Shown: piece after piece, positions 41,276-52,574 of the stretch
Layout of the letters: each line of letters starts with the position of its first letter
Numbering within the stretch: position 1 is the stretch's first letter
DNA from: Aureliella sp.
GTDB lineage: Bacteria > Planctomycetota > Planctomycetia > Pirellulales > Pirellulaceae
DNA length: 64,000 nucleotides
Reading direction: 5' to 3'
Assembly: GCA_963691875.1 (NCBI GenBank)
Contig: OY829846.1
Coordinates: forward strand, 64,001-128,000
Notes under the pieces: model-generated
The model's input: the letters and a program-made list of their open reading frames with translations, nothing else
Databases searched by the model: none
Told to the model about the DNA's origin: nothing
Program-made: the position numbers and the translations under genes

Positions 41276-43141
41276 TTAGATTTCTGCAGGATCTTGGGAG
41301 ATTGGTCCTGTGTCGCCCTCCGGCTGAGATGATGGCTCATCGCCGGAATTTATCTCAACTTCCCCGCCGGATGATTTTTCGGTTTCAGGTGATTCACTGT
41401 CGTCGCCTGATTTCTCTTCCGAGCTTGCACTGGATTCGGCATTGCTCTTTGCCTCCGCCTCGAGTTTAGCCTTTGGAGCTGCAGCTTCAGCTTCCGCCTT
41501 TGCTTTTTCTTCTGCAGCGAGTCGGGCTCGCTCTCGTGCCTCAGCTTCCTGAGCAGCCAATTTAGCTTCGATTTGAGTAATGAATTTCTCTTGGCTCTCC
41601 GCCATCTTTTCATCGCCGAGCTTGCGGTAGGCGTTCGCGACCCGACGGCGAAAGTCGACTCGCATCGGTAGCAGCTGGATTGCGGTTTCGTAGGCAGTGA
41701 TTGCACGTTCTACGTCGTTGCCTTTCATCAGCAAGGTACCGTAAGTATCAAAATAATCTCCGTTCGGAGTCTTTGCTCCTACTGCGATTTGGATGGCTCG
41801 CTCACAAAGCTTGATCGCTTCATCATTTTTCTCTGGATCCAGTGCGCTGGTCACATAAGCCAAATTGTTCAGCGATTGATGGTCCAATGGTAGCTTGGTG
41901 ACGACTTGCTTAAGGTGCGGCAAGGCGAGTTGCAATTGCCGCTGAACCAAATAGGCCTCTGCCAGCCAGCGGTGCGTAATTCCAGTGGCAGTGCCGCGAT
42001 TGACCAAGTCACGTAGTTTGTCGAACATCTCGTCGCTGACTTGTGGTCCGCTGAAACGAATCAGCTTCGCAATCTCTTCTCCGATTTTTGGATTGGTTGG
42101 ATCGTAACTGTACGCTCGATCAAGTAGCTGAATATTGACATCCATAATCATGTCTGGCGTCGTCATACTCTGCAGGAATCGATACCGGTACAATTCCGAA
42201 AGCCCTCGACTGATAGCGTCGGTTCTTTCGGGAGCATCTAGAAGAAGTTTTTCGGCTTCCTCTATTTTGTCCGCCATAGATTTGCATTCAGCCAAATTCA
42301 GTCGCGCGAGCATGTCTTGAGGATTCTCGCTTAACATCTTTTCGAAGACAGCAGTCGCATTGGAAACGGCTGAATTGCCGACGACCCTATTTCCCAGAAT
42401 CCGCGCGCGTCGCGCTAGCTCAAGATTCAACGTTGGGTCCGAGCTGGCAGCAGAGGTCAAGAGTTTCAAGGAAGCTTGCCGATAGCCAAGTTGCGATTCT
42501 GGATCAATTCGAATATTCGCCGCAGCCCAATACAGATCACTTCCTGCCTTCAGGAGTTCTAACGGCAGCCGATCTTGTTTTCGTGCTTGTTCTAGGTGAT
42601 GTAGTATTAAAGGAAGATTTTCGCGCAGTTCTTGCTGGGTGCTATCCTGGATCATTCGCAAGGCGACGAAGGAGTGAGCCATGGGCAGACCTTCTCCATC
42701 ATCGGGAGCGAGCTCATCCAGGATCTCATTGGCCTCTGCATCTGCTCCTCGCTGCGCCAAGCTAGCGGCGATGAAAAATCGGCTCCGGTCGTTAGGGGCC
42801 AACTGTTCGACTCGGCGGAAGAGCATGTCAGCGTATGCGGTAATCCGAGCCGGCGCGGCCTCCTCGGTGTCCGCAGCGGCTTCCTTCAGCTCATTCTCTC
42901 CAATCCATCTGTCTTCCCAAGCCGCAACCTCTTTCTGAGCGAGACCGGCGTACCAGCGTGTTAAATCTTTCTGGGTGCGTCCTCCTCCTGCCGTGCAAAA
43001 CAGTGCAAGAGCTGTCGCCAGAATGGCTGGCAATGCAAAGAGTCCGATCTGTTTCCATGGACGGGAAAACACGAAATCGTAGAAGACCCCGACCATGGGA
43101 ATGAAGAGCTTCGTTAGGTCCATTGACATAGTTTGCTCCAC
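41276..43141 (-). CDS. Membrane-anchored tetratricopeptide repeat protein
   Basis: N-terminal TM segment; SLNNLAY and YFDTYGTLL TPR motifs; acidic low-complexity tail. Confidence 0.75.
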   Translation of the reverse strand: MEQTMSMDLTKLFIPMVGVFYDFVFSRPWKQIGLFALPAILATALALFCTAGGGRTQKDLTRWYAGLAQKEVAAWEDRWIGENELKEAAADTEEAAPARITAYADMLFRRVEQLAPNDRSRFFIAASLAQRGADAEANEILDELAPDDGEGLPMAHSFVALRMIQDSTQQELRENLPLILHHLEQARKQDRLPLELLKAGSDLYWAAANIRIDPESQLGYRQASLKLLTSAASSDPTLNLELARRARILGNRVVGNSAVSNATAVFEKMLSENPQDMLARLNLAECKSMADKIEEAEKLLLDAPERTDAISRGLSELYRYRFLQSMTTPDMIMDVNIQLLDRAYSYDPTNPKIGEEIAKLIRFSGPQVSDEMFDKLRDLVNRGTATGITHRWLAEAYLVQRQLQLALPHLKQVVTKLPLDHQSLNNLAYVTSALDPEKNDEAIKLCERAIQIAVGAKTPNGDYFDTYGTLLMKGNDVERAITAYETAIQLLPMRVDFRRRVANAYRKLGDEKMAESQEKFITQIEAKLAAQEAEARERARLAAEEKAKAEAEAAAPKAKLEAEAKSNAESSASSEEKSGDDSESPETEKSSGGEVEINSGDEPSSQPEGDTGPISQDPAEI

Positions 43142-43436
43142 GCAATCTGCGTGATTCGGGCGAATGAAGTTAGGTTGGGCTCGCCTTCGGCTTTCGGAAA
43201 AATGCCGTTTTAAGCGAGTCGGGGATCCAAGGGAGGCAAACTGTACGGCCTCTCCATAAAGTGAAGTTCAGTCGATCGCGGCAATTCGCATTTTGACGCT
43301 CGTTTCAGAGCTCGCCTCTTCCTATAATATTAGCCATCCTTCTGTTTCTACGCGAGAAGCAATCGTTCCCACCCTAAACCCAAACTCCGTTTCGTGCGGC
43401 TCGTTAGGGTTTTGACGAGATTGAAGAGAAGATCCC

Positions 43437-44087
43437 ATGACGAAAACCGTACTATTTTCGGTAGCAACCTTGTGCCTGTTGGTTTGTCCAGAGAACGTGT
43501 TCGGCCAGATCGATTCGAATAAGCCAGAAGTGAAGGGTGCCGAAGAAAAACTAGCCAAAGTAACCTTTGGCGGTGGATGCTTCTGGTGCGTGGAAGCTGT
43601 GTTTGAGAACGTCAGAGGCGTCGAAGATGTCGTTTCCGGCTACGCAGGGGGGCGACGTCCCAATCCGAATTACAAGCAAGTGTGCACAGGCCGCACAGGC
43701 CACGCCGAGGTCTGTGAAATCAAATACAATCCCGAGGAAGTCTCCTTTAAGGAGCTGCTAGAGATTTTCTGGAAAACTCACGACCCAACGACGCTGAATC
43801 GCCAAGGTGTTGACGTTGGGACTCAATACCGAAGCGTCATCTTTTATCACGATGTTGAGCAGAAGAAGTTGGCAGAGAAGTATAAGAACAGTTTGGACGA
43901 GTCCGGAGCGTTTGCAAATAAGATCGTAACGCAGATCACGAAGGCCCCCAAGTTTTACGTAGCTGAAGACTACCACCAGGATTACTATCGAAAGAATCCG
44001 GGGCAAGGTTACTGTGCGGCCGTCGTTCGACCGAAAGTCGAAAAGTTCAAGAAGGTGTTTGCTGACAAAGTCGCGAAGCCGAAATAG
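43437..44087 (+). CDS. msrA: Peptide-methionine (S)-S-oxide reductase, exported
   Basis: GGGCFWCVE, GHAEV, HDPTTLNRQG and AEDYHQDYY; N-terminal signal peptide. Confidence 0.95.
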   Translation: MTKTVLFSVATLCLLVCPENVFGQIDSNKPEVKGAEEKLAKVTFGGGCFWCVEAVFENVRGVEDVVSGYAGGRRPNPNYKQVCTGRTGHAEVCEIKYNPEEVSFKELLEIFWKTHDPTTLNRQGVDVGTQYRSVIFYHDVEQKKLAEKYKNSLDESGAFANKIVTQITKAPKFYVAEDYHQDYYRKNPGQGYCAAVVRPKVEKFKKVFADKVAKPK

Positions 44088-44202
44088 AACAGTAATCGTT
44101 TAGCTTGCAGTTCTTCGAAGGCCGATAACTAGAACAGTGCTGATACGGCGATTTCACCTCTTCGCAGTGAACCGATCTAATTCGCTCAGACAAGCTAAGT
44201 CG

Positions 44203-45057
44203 CTATGCCTCTCCGGTTTCCAGCGGCAAGTTATGATCGGCGCCCCACTCTGCCCAGGAGCCATCGTAGACTGAGATGTTACGATGGCCCTGCTCGTAAG
44301 CAGCCAACGCCAAGATGCACGCGGTAACACCAGAGCCGCATGAGCATACGAGCCTCTGCTCACAAGCAAGCTTGCCAGTAAATAGCTTGGTCAATTCTTC
44401 TCGCGGCAAAAGTTTGCCATCGGAGATAAGCTGCGAGGCAGGCAGACTCTTGCTGCCCGGAATATGGCCACCACGCACCTCCGGCCGCGGCTCAGGATCG
44501 GTCGCAGCAAACCTTCCCAGCGGGCGAGCATCCACGATACTTGTCGCAGAATCGCCCGTCGCTTCCAAAACTTGATCCGATAAACACAGCCATGACTCAA
44601 CGGGTTTCGCTTCAAAATCTCCCGGAAGGCCGGAGTAGGCCTCTGGAGCGACTGTCTCCAGCCCGGCGGCCGTCCAAGCCGGAAGTCCGCCAGCGAGGAC
44701 AAACACTGACTCATGGCCCATCGCACGAAACATCCACCACGCTCGCGGCGAGCTATAAACGCCATGATGATCGTAGATCACAACTAAGCTCTCTCGAGAA
44801 ACGCCAAGCATTCTTACTTGAGCTTCGAAATGCTGCGGAGTGGGGACCGTATTGGGAGAAGGTGCTGACTTGTCGACGAAGACTTGCTTCATGTCAAAAT
44901 CTCGAGCACCTGGTAAACGCGTGTCCAAGTAGGAATCGGGTGGCTTGGGCTGTCCAACCTTGGCTATCGTTGCGTCGAGCAGCACAAGATTCTCGTCTGC
45001 GAGGTGCTCCTTTAACCACTGAGTGTCGACCAAAGGAGATTCCATTCCTAAACCCAT
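44203..45057 (-). CDS. sseA: 3-mercaptopyruvate/thiosulfate sulfurtransferase (tandem rhodanese)
   Basis: RAWWMF, VDAR, GHIPGS, CGSGVTAC and YDGSWAEW. Confidence 0.9.
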   Translation of the reverse strand: MGLGMESPLVDTQWLKEHLADENLVLLDATIAKVGQPKPPDSYLDTRLPGARDFDMKQVFVDKSAPSPNTVPTPQHFEAQVRMLGVSRESLVVIYDHHGVYSSPRAWWMFRAMGHESVFVLAGGLPAWTAAGLETVAPEAYSGLPGDFEAKPVESWLCLSDQVLEATGDSATSIVDARPLGRFAATDPEPRPEVRGGHIPGSKSLPASQLISDGKLLPREELTKLFTGKLACEQRLVCSCGSGVTACILALAAYEQGHRNISVYDGSWAEWGADHNLPLETGEA

Positions 45058-45162
45058 TGTGTTCCTTTTGATAAATGAGATAGCCTTTCGAGCTCAATTC
45101 TCTGCGGCAGAGGTAGTTTGGAGAGCCGAAGGTTTCTGGTTGCCGGGAAGTAAATGTGGCTA

Positions 45163-46452
45163 CTAATCGGCTATCTGTTGCATGAACCGGATGTAGTTTG
45201 CCCAGTCCCAGGCGTTGATGTCGTGCTTTCCCTCGCGAAGATGGTAGCTAACACGACCAATTTCCGCCGTGTTGGCCGGCGGCAACTCCTCTAGCTTTAA
45301 ACCCGCATGCCCTAGAGCCTCGTAGACTGTGCTAGAAAGCTTGGCCGAGAGGAACTCTCCCTTGGGGTCAGCCCAACGGTCCTCGGATGCACTGGCAACG
45401 TAAACCGGCCTCGGTGCAAGTAGTGCGACTAGTTGATGCTGGTCGATGGGTAAGGCAGATTCGTTCTTGTTGTACCGCTTGAAGTCTCCGCAGAACCAGT
45501 GTGGAAAAGAAGTGTTGATGCGTTCCACCGTTTCGCCAAAAGCACGTCGACTGAGCGCTGCGCCGCCGCATCCTGAATCGTTCGAAATTGCGCCAGCAAA
45601 ACGTGCGTCCATGGCTGCTGTCCAAAGCGAAGTTTTGCCCAGACGCGAGTGCCCAATTACAACCACTCTTTCGCCATCAACTGCCTTTACCTCTTGTTGC
45701 AAGCAATCCAGCATCCGTGACAGTCCCCATGCCCATGCGGAGATCGTGCCCCAGCGGTCAGGGTGCTCCGCATCTGGACGGTGCCTTGGGAACAAGGCAT
45801 GCACGCCATTGTTGAAACCATCATCATAATCTGGGTCGATATCCCCGCAGTAACACGTGGCTACACCGAATCCGGCGTCGACAATCATTTCGACCGGCCA
45901 ACGCGATTTGCTTGCGCCGCGTCCGGCCTCCGTCGCGCGATTGTCCTCAACGCCTTTATCTTTTGACGAGCGACACCATGATGGCGTCACGGTAATCATC
46001 TTGTCGTCCGCCACTGTGTGATTACCAAAGAAACTCAAGCCTAGGAATGTTGGAACTGGCTTCGTTGCTTTCGTAGGTGTGAATACAAGGAGATCGATGC
46101 TGTGTTCTCCTGCCTCTGTGGCGAGCTTAACGCGAAACTGTTGACGCAGTGCCTTTCCATCGAATGACTTACCGCCTTCGATTTTCTCAAATCGTATTTT
46201 GAATTCGGAGTCAGGTTGCGTCCCGTACATCTGGTTACCAAAGAGCTGCAATAGCTCTGCGCGTCTTGGCTTCCAGCGCTCAGCCGTCTTTTCGCCGTCG
46301 TCCTGCCAAATGGGTGGGAGTTGGTAAGAAGGTACTTTTGACTCGTCGTAGTTTGCGACAAACTTCTTTTGTGCGAGAAGCGGCGAGCAACTTGCGGCCA
46401 CAAAAACGCTGAGCCCAAAGACTAGGGTTGCTCGAAAAAGTTGGCTCGACAT
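45163..46452 (-). CDS. CE15 glucuronoyl esterase-like protein, exported
   Basis: WGTISAWAWG, GHSRLGK nucleophile motif, SGCGG and DRWADPKGE. Confidence 0.9.
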   Translation of the reverse strand: MSSQLFRATLVFGLSVFVAASCSPLLAQKKFVANYDESKVPSYQLPPIWQDDGEKTAERWKPRRAELLQLFGNQMYGTQPDSEFKIRFEKIEGGKSFDGKALRQQFRVKLATEAGEHSIDLLVFTPTKATKPVPTFLGLSFFGNHTVADDKMITVTPSWCRSSKDKGVEDNRATEAGRGASKSRWPVEMIVDAGFGVATCYCGDIDPDYDDGFNNGVHALFPRHRPDAEHPDRWGTISAWAWGLSRMLDCLQQEVKAVDGERVVVIGHSRLGKTSLWTAAMDARFAGAISNDSGCGGAALSRRAFGETVERINTSFPHWFCGDFKRYNKNESALPIDQHQLVALLAPRPVYVASASEDRWADPKGEFLSAKLSSTVYEALGHAGLKLEELPPANTAEIGRVSYHLREGKHDINAWDWANYIRFMQQIAD

Positions 46453-46821
46453 TGGCGTAATCCAGGTGTTGAGGTACCAAGGCGAGTCAAAGTTTCACGC
46501 CGCATACTTTGGAAACCCGACGTGTGGGCGAGAGACAAGGCTGATTCATTTGCTCAGGCTTCGGGTTACTAAACTACTTCTTGTACGCAGTGAAACCTTG
46601 TTCGCACTGGTTGAGGAACGTAATCACAGAGAACAGAATAATACCAATTGCTACAATAAAAGATTGTCGGCCTCGACGCCACTAGGTGCCCGTAGCAAAC
46701 CTGCTTCCGGTTCCTACCCACCTAACTTACAATTTGCTTCGCCGCCTTTGGGAGGAGCAACGATTCCTCACCTACCTCTGCTGCTAACCAAGCAGTCTTA
46801 TCACCATTTGGAGACAGTTCG

Positions 46822-47763
46822 ATGCAGCTTCGTCTTCTTAAGCTTGCGCTTTTGTTCAACTGCTTAGTCGCCGCCCAAGTACTTCGTGCCCAGGATGCGA
46901 AAGTCACCTTCGAGCAGCACAAAGACAAAATCACTGTGTTGCTGAACGACTCCTTATTCACGGAATACGTTTTTGCTGGATATGAAAAGCCAATCCTCTA
47001 CCCCGTCATTGGTCCTGCCGGGACTTCAATGACCCGAGACTATCCGATGAAAAAGGACACGCCGAACGAGAAGCCGGATCATCCGCACCACAAATCGATC
47101 TGGTTTGGCCACATGAAAGTGAACAATGAAAGCTTCTGGCACGTCGGCAAGAATGCTGGGACGACGGAGCATGTTGGCTATGAGATCAAGGGAAATTCGA
47201 TTCACAGTAAGAACAAGTTGGTGGATCGTGACGGAGAAATTATGGCAATGGACAGTCGCGTGATCGCATTCGGTGGCAGCAGTCAATCTAGATGGATAGA
47301 CTATACGGTCACGTATCACGCGAGTGAATCGGACTTGGTTTTTGGCGACAATAAAGACGGACAAATGGGAATTCGCATGAACGCGGCACTTCGAATTGCT
47401 GGTCCAATTGCCACAGGCAAAGCAATCAACGCGGAGGGAGTTCGCGAGAAGAATATTTGGGGTAAACGTGCTCCTTGGATCGACTACTGGGGAGAAATCG
47501 ACGGCAAGAAAGTAGGGATCGCGATGTTCGATCACCCAACTAACCTCCGGCATCCCACGTGGTGGCATGCTCGTGATTATGGCCTACTATCCGCAAACCC
47601 TTTTGGTATCCACCACTTCGAGTCCAAGGCAGATGGCAAAGCCGGTGAGCACACTTTGAAAAAGGGCGGGAGCTTGACCTTCCGCCATCGTTTCTTGTTC
47701 CACTTGGGTGATTACAAGTCCGCGGGAGTTGCAAAGGCTTACAAGAGCTGGTCTGATCACTAA
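46822..47763 (+). CDS. DUF6807 (PmoA-named) family exported protein
   Basis: KPILYPV, DHPHHKSIWF, FDHPTN and WHARDYGL. Confidence 0.85.
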   Translation: MQLRLLKLALLFNCLVAAQVLRAQDAKVTFEQHKDKITVLLNDSLFTEYVFAGYEKPILYPVIGPAGTSMTRDYPMKKDTPNEKPDHPHHKSIWFGHMKVNNESFWHVGKNAGTTEHVGYEIKGNSIHSKNKLVDRDGEIMAMDSRVIAFGGSSQSRWIDYTVTYHASESDLVFGDNKDGQMGIRMNAALRIAGPIATGKAINAEGVREKNIWGKRAPWIDYWGEIDGKKVGIAMFDHPTNLRHPTWWHARDYGLLSANPFGIHHFESKADGKAGEHTLKKGGSLTFRHRFLFHLGDYKSAGVAKAYKSWSDH

Positions 47764-47767
47764 AAAA

Positions 47768-47793
47768 GGGCGGACGAAATAATTCGCCCGCCC
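47768..47793. terminator. Putative intrinsic terminator hairpin
   Basis: GGGCGGACGAA-ATAA-TTCGCCCGCCC immediately after the stop codon, with an A-tract on the 5' side. Confidence 0.55.
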
Positions 47794-48007
47794 CAGTTTG
47801 CGAACAAGTGATTCTGCCCCACACACTCATTCGCTCGACAACTAGTTGCCTAGGTATTTGCATCGGCCTGACCCCATATCCTACTAGTATTACCTTCGCG
47901 AATTTGCACATGTCCGCCGAGAGACTACTCTAGGACACCCCCACAGACGAAGCTTCGTCGGTGTTTTAAATAGTTCCACTCCCTAAATACCCCAAAAGTT
48001 GACAGCA

Positions 48008-49324
48008 ATGACACAATCCGCAACTGCTAGCAGAATCGATCGTCGCAAGTTCGTGAGTGCATCTGCAGCCACGGTAGCAGCTTCCGGCTATTTCACCAGT
48101 TCCGCCACAGCTCTCTCGAACTCTCCAAATGAGAAGCTGAATTTGGCGTGTATAGGAACCGCAAACCGAGCGGCGGCAGACATCGCCGAGGTTGCACATG
48201 AGCAGATTGTGGCACTCTGTGATGTGGATTCGAACAACTTGAAACGCAAGCAGATGGAGTTTGCAGACGCCCGCGGCTACGCTGACTACCGCGAATTGCT
48301 CGAAAATGAGGGAGATCGAGTAGACGCTGTCGTCATCGGAACGACTGACCACCATCACGCGCCAGCGACCATCCGGGCGATTCGGGCTGGTAAACACGTT
48401 TATTGCGAGAAACCTCTGACACACACCGTTGAAGAAGCACGCATCATCGCGTCTGCTGCAAAAGAAGCGGGTGTTGTGACTCAGATGGGTACACAGATTC
48501 ACGCAGGGGACAACTATCGTCGCGTGGTCGAAATCGTGCAAGCAGGCGTTTTGGGTGACATTACGGATGTGCACGTTTGGGTCGGCAAGGGGTGGGGCGA
48601 GAAGCCAGACTTTGTCCGAGGCGAGCCAAGTGATCCACCTCCGCATCTTGACTGGGACCTCTGGCTCGGACCTGCACCAGAGCGGCCGTATTCAAAGGGC
48701 CGTTACCACCCAGCTCAGTGGCGCCGCTACTGGGACTTTGGCCAAGGCACGCTTGGCGATATGGGCTGCCATTACATGGACCTTCCCTTCTGGGCGCTCG
48801 GGCTTCGACACCCTGTCTCCGTCCAGGCAGAGGGCCCCGCAGTGAACAGCGAGACAGCCCCCTTGGGGCTAACCGTCCGTTACAAGTTCCCAAAAACCGA
48901 TCGGCACCCAGCTTTGAACTTCACCTGGTACGACGGAAACATGATTCCCAAGTCGATTAACGGTGTACGCGTCAAAGCTAACGGCGTGATGTTTATTGGC
49001 AGCGAGGGAATGATGTTTGCTGACTATGGCAGCTACCGTTTGATGCCCCCAGCGAACTTTGCCGACTTCAAGCCACCGAAGCAAACGATTCCCAAGTCGA
49101 TCGGGCACCACCGTGAATGGCTTCAAGCTTGTCGAGACGGCTCACCGACTACCTGCAACTTTGACTACTCCGGTGCACTTACTGAAACCGTCTTGCTTGG
49201 CAATGTAGCCTATCGCAGCGGCACCAAATTTGGCTGGGACGGAGCAACGCTCATAGCCGACAACGCCGATGCGCAAAAGCTCATAGCCAAGGAATACCGC
49301 GCCGGATGGGAAGTTAGAGCTTAA
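48008..49324 (+). CDS. Tat-exported Gfo/Idh/MocA oxidoreductase
   Basis: DRRKFV twin-arginine motif, HVYCEKP, LDWDLWLGPAP and GDMGCH. Confidence 0.9.
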   Translation: MTQSATASRIDRRKFVSASAATVAASGYFTSSATALSNSPNEKLNLACIGTANRAAADIAEVAHEQIVALCDVDSNNLKRKQMEFADARGYADYRELLENEGDRVDAVVIGTTDHHHAPATIRAIRAGKHVYCEKPLTHTVEEARIIASAAKEAGVVTQMGTQIHAGDNYRRVVEIVQAGVLGDITDVHVWVGKGWGEKPDFVRGEPSDPPPHLDWDLWLGPAPERPYSKGRYHPAQWRRYWDFGQGTLGDMGCHYMDLPFWALGLRHPVSVQAEGPAVNSETAPLGLTVRYKFPKTDRHPALNFTWYDGNMIPKSINGVRVKANGVMFIGSEGMMFADYGSYRLMPPANFADFKPPKQTIPKSIGHHREWLQACRDGSPTTCNFDYSGALTETVLLGNVAYRSGTKFGWDGATLIADNADAQKLIAKEYRAGWEVRA

Positions 49325-49603
49325 CGCCCATCCGATCCGTTCCTCGCAACTTTTCTGTAATTGGTCCAGCGATAGTAGCGGACGATGTTAAGAGTCTGGC
49401 GGAAGCACTTAGTTTTGCTTGGCAAAGTTGTCGCTAGAGGGCTAAAAAGCCATGCTTTCCGCCATCCCTACCTCACTATGCATCCCACCACTGCATGTTG
49501 ATTTATTAGGATAATTTCTCCTACTCCCATAGGGATAGTAAGAATAGGTCCTCGGACACAACCGGGGATAATGAAGACTTCTGTATCTAAATTGGGCCCA
49601 CTC

Positions 49604-49906
49604 ATGGCAGAATGGCAATACATCACGCTGGTCTACGGTACCGCCGACAAGCAGGGACGACGATGGGTTATCACTGCGCCAGATCCAAACTCTGAAAGTG
49701 GACAGGTCGGCAAGGCTGAAAAGGGGCGCATCGGGGGCCGCGTCTGGCAGGCGATGAGGCTACTCGAAATAGCTTTAGAGGAACTCGACGCCGATGGGCG
49801 GGAACTTGTGTCAACCTCCTTCTCTGGTCTGTTCATCTTTTACGGCACGGCCGTATTGCGACGTCCGAAATCGGGGGAGTCCGGAGACTTTGAATCGCAG
49901 GGGTGA
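49604..49906 (+). CDS. Small hypothetical protein (DUF4177-like)
   Basis: WQY...LEELDADGRELVS...LRRP pattern. Confidence 0.5.
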   Translation: MAEWQYITLVYGTADKQGRRWVITAPDPNSESGQVGKAEKGRIGGRVWQAMRLLEIALEELDADGRELVSTSFSGLFIFYGTAVLRRPKSGESGDFESQG

Positions 49907-50099
49907 ATCTTAACCCTCGAAGGCCGAAGACGAATAGACTTCGGGGCACCTTCTCTCAGCCATTTGTCTGGCCGCGTTATATTGTTCCTAGCATTGCCTG
50001 CTGTGATTGGCGATGGCCAGCTGATTTTGAACTCAACGTCAACTCCCGCCGTCCCGTGATGCGGGACGTTATTACGCTTCCATCAATTCCCGATCTAAG

Positions 50100-50723
50100 A
50101 TGACAACACCAGAGCATGCTCTTGTCGGCATTCACGCTGCTGTGGCGACGGGTCTGTCCTACAGATATGACTGGAATCTAATCGCTCTCGCCGGCATCGC
50201 ATCGATCATCCCTGACTGGGATGGCATACCAATGCTTTTTGACATGTCACGCTTTGAGTCTGGTCATAGAGTTTGGGGACACAATTTCATTTCCATCCTA
50301 CTGTCGTCATTTTTATTGGCGTGGTCACAAAGTCATTATTGTTGGCTGGAGTACATCGGCAAAAAGATTGTCCGATTCCTCCCATCCGACGCAAACCTAG
50401 CAGCTACCAATTCAAACTGCTCAACAGCTATTTTGTTTTTGATTGCAGTCATCGTGCAGGTAATTCATTTGCCATGCGACATGGTCGTTTCTGGTGGTAA
50501 TGGCCTTTCGGATTGGCTAACCAAACCGTTTTGGCCATTCAACGATGCAGGCTTCGTATATCCGTTGATCCCCTGGGGCGATGTCGGGCCAACGATCATT
50601 CTCATGGCCGGACTAATTCTGTCCGCCAAATATCCAACGAACAGTTCCGGTTTTTCGATTGGGACATTAGCTTGCCTTTGCGTGTATTTAATCGTCCGCG
50701 GATCAATGCACGGTGCCGTCTGA
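50100..50723 (+). CDS. Membrane-bound metal-dependent hydrolase (YdjM-like)
   Basis: EHALVG, IPDWD, HRVWGHN, HLPCD and FWPF. Confidence 0.8.
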   Translation: MTTPEHALVGIHAAVATGLSYRYDWNLIALAGIASIIPDWDGIPMLFDMSRFESGHRVWGHNFISILLSSFLLAWSQSHYCWLEYIGKKIVRFLPSDANLAATNSNCSTAILFLIAVIVQVIHLPCDMVVSGGNGLSDWLTKPFWPFNDAGFVYPLIPWGDVGPTIILMAGLILSAKYPTNSSGFSIGTLACLCVYLIVRGSMHGAV

Positions 50724-50782
50724 CACCCTATGGTGTGATGAAAATGCGTTGAACTCGCAGTTGCGTTGCCGTGTGAATCTGC

Positions 50783-51223
50783 ATGGAGTCAATCGTCGCG
50801 GCTCGGTTAACACAAGCGTTTTTGCATCATCGATCCATGATGCAAGATTCCGTTGGCAAAATTCACAAGCTAGGATTTTATTGCCTTGAATTGGGCGATT
50901 ATTCCGGTGGACTGGACGCGTTCGCACGCGCCAACGGGCTCTGCCCAAACGCCCATGAAATGTTGCACTTCATTGGCGTCGCCCTTGCAGGACATAGGCT
51001 ACACCAACAAGCATTGGAACGAATAGAAGCAGCGGTGAGGCTGTTTCCGCAAGTTTCTGACGCACTCGCAGATCTCGGCGACTGTTTTGCAAAACTGGGG
51101 AGATGTGGCGATAGGAAGGTTGTGTGCGGGGAGGCGTTAGAGTCCCTTCTGCCAGGCGAAGAATTGCGAACGCGGGTAGAACCAATTTTTGGTTGGCCTA
51201 GCCTAGATCAATCAAGCGAATAA
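50783..51223 (+). CDS. TPR-containing protein, possibly a truncated remnant
   Basis: HKLGFYCLELGDYSG, FIGVALAG and LADLGDCFAKLG resemble TPR repeats. Confidence 0.45.
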   Translation: MESIVAARLTQAFLHHRSMMQDSVGKIHKLGFYCLELGDYSGGLDAFARANGLCPNAHEMLHFIGVALAGHRLHQQALERIEAAVRLFPQVSDALADLGDCFAKLGRCGDRKVVCGEALESLLPGEELRTRVEPIFGWPSLDQSSE

Positions 51224-51749
51224 TCACAGCTTCCGGCCACACGCAAAGGTAATTGGCGATCACGGCGTCGAGCACGACTACGAGCAGTGCTTTCCAGCTT
51301 TGAGAACTGCTACACCGACGTGAGGCAAGCACTCTGGGCCGGGGCCTAGGTGACTTTCTTGATTTCTCCCGCCTTTCAAATAGCCTTCACGAGCATGTAC
51401 CTGTGATTGAGATAAACTGAAGTTGCAGTCTCAGAAGTAAATCAGACTACAGCGAAAACTCGCAAAAGTGGTGCCCAATACCCCACGCCTTTCGCTAAGT
51501 TTTGGATCGGTTTCTGGGAACGCATCAACGTGTTACTCGTGAAGGCTGACCTGCCGAAAACCTGTGTAACTAGCTTGCCCGGGTTGTCTGAATTCCCTGC
51601 TCGCGTTGTCCCTTCCTCACTAAGCATCCCACAACCTTATGTTGCTGTATTAGGATAAGGCTCCTATTCTCATAAAGATACGTTAGCTCACGAGACATGT
51701 CCCCAGTCACAACCGGGCACGATTGAAAGTTATCTCCTGGAACATTGGA

Positions 51750-52268
51750 ATGCAAAATAATCTGGTTTTCACACTTGCTCTTTGTCTTCTTCTGCCAATT
51801 TCTACCGTTGCTCAAGAGGATGCGGAAACTCCGTCACTCAAAAAGTTGCATCAGGCGATTGCTGAACTCGGTGACCGTCATTACCCAAAGTCTACTTCGC
51901 ATGTGTTTCAAGACACAATCGGATTCGAGTATGCGACGCGCATTTATGTCACGCGAGTGGTCTCCAAAGCAATTCCCCCGCCGCTGGCTCCGGAACGCGG
52001 GCCAATGAACGGCGGCGTTTGGTGTAATGTCTACTACCGCCCAGGGGATCTGGAAACTGAGCCGGCCTACGCCAGAAGTGAGGGGAGCACGAAGCGAGAG
52101 TTCTTCAAAGAGTACATTTACTATCCAAACGACAGTCGGAAAAAATGCCATCTGGTCGTTACCTTACGACTGCCGATGAAAACAACGAAGGCACAAATGC
52201 TATTCGTAAAGGAGTTGCGTGAATTATTAAACCAATTTGGAAAGTACCTGCCCGCAAACGATGGATAA
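51750..52268 (+). CDS. Secreted hypothetical protein
   Basis: Signal peptide ending TVAQE; 172-aa ORF. Confidence 0.65.
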   Translation: MQNNLVFTLALCLLLPISTVAQEDAETPSLKKLHQAIAELGDRHYPKSTSHVFQDTIGFEYATRIYVTRVVSKAIPPPLAPERGPMNGGVWCNVYYRPGDLETEPAYARSEGSTKREFFKEYIYYPNDSRKKCHLVVTLRLPMKTTKAQMLFVKELRELLNQFGKYLPANDG

Positions 52269-52370
52269 CTATCGCGGGAGTCGGAGCACTCCTTCACGCG
52301 GTATCTCAAATCAGTGTCTCCCGCTCGTACCCTGTTACGGCAGGCGTTCGGCAAGGAAAGGAAAACGGGA

Positions 52371-52574
52371 ATGGGCTCGATCGCATGTCCTGAATGTAGC
52401 AAATCAATTTCTGACATGGCCGTGAGTTGTCCGTCATGCGGATACCAATTGGTAACACTAGGTGCCGGCAACAGCTCCGCGCGGAGGGCCCTCTTGAAAG
52501 TCGCGATCTGCCTCGGCCCTTGCGAGTTCTGGAATCATTGTTGTTTGTCGCGGCCCTGTGAACGGGAACATTAA
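52371..52574 (+). pseudogene. Zinc-ribbon domain protein fragment
   Basis: MGSIACPECSKSISDMAVSCPSCGY, then the reading loses coherence. Confidence 0.5.
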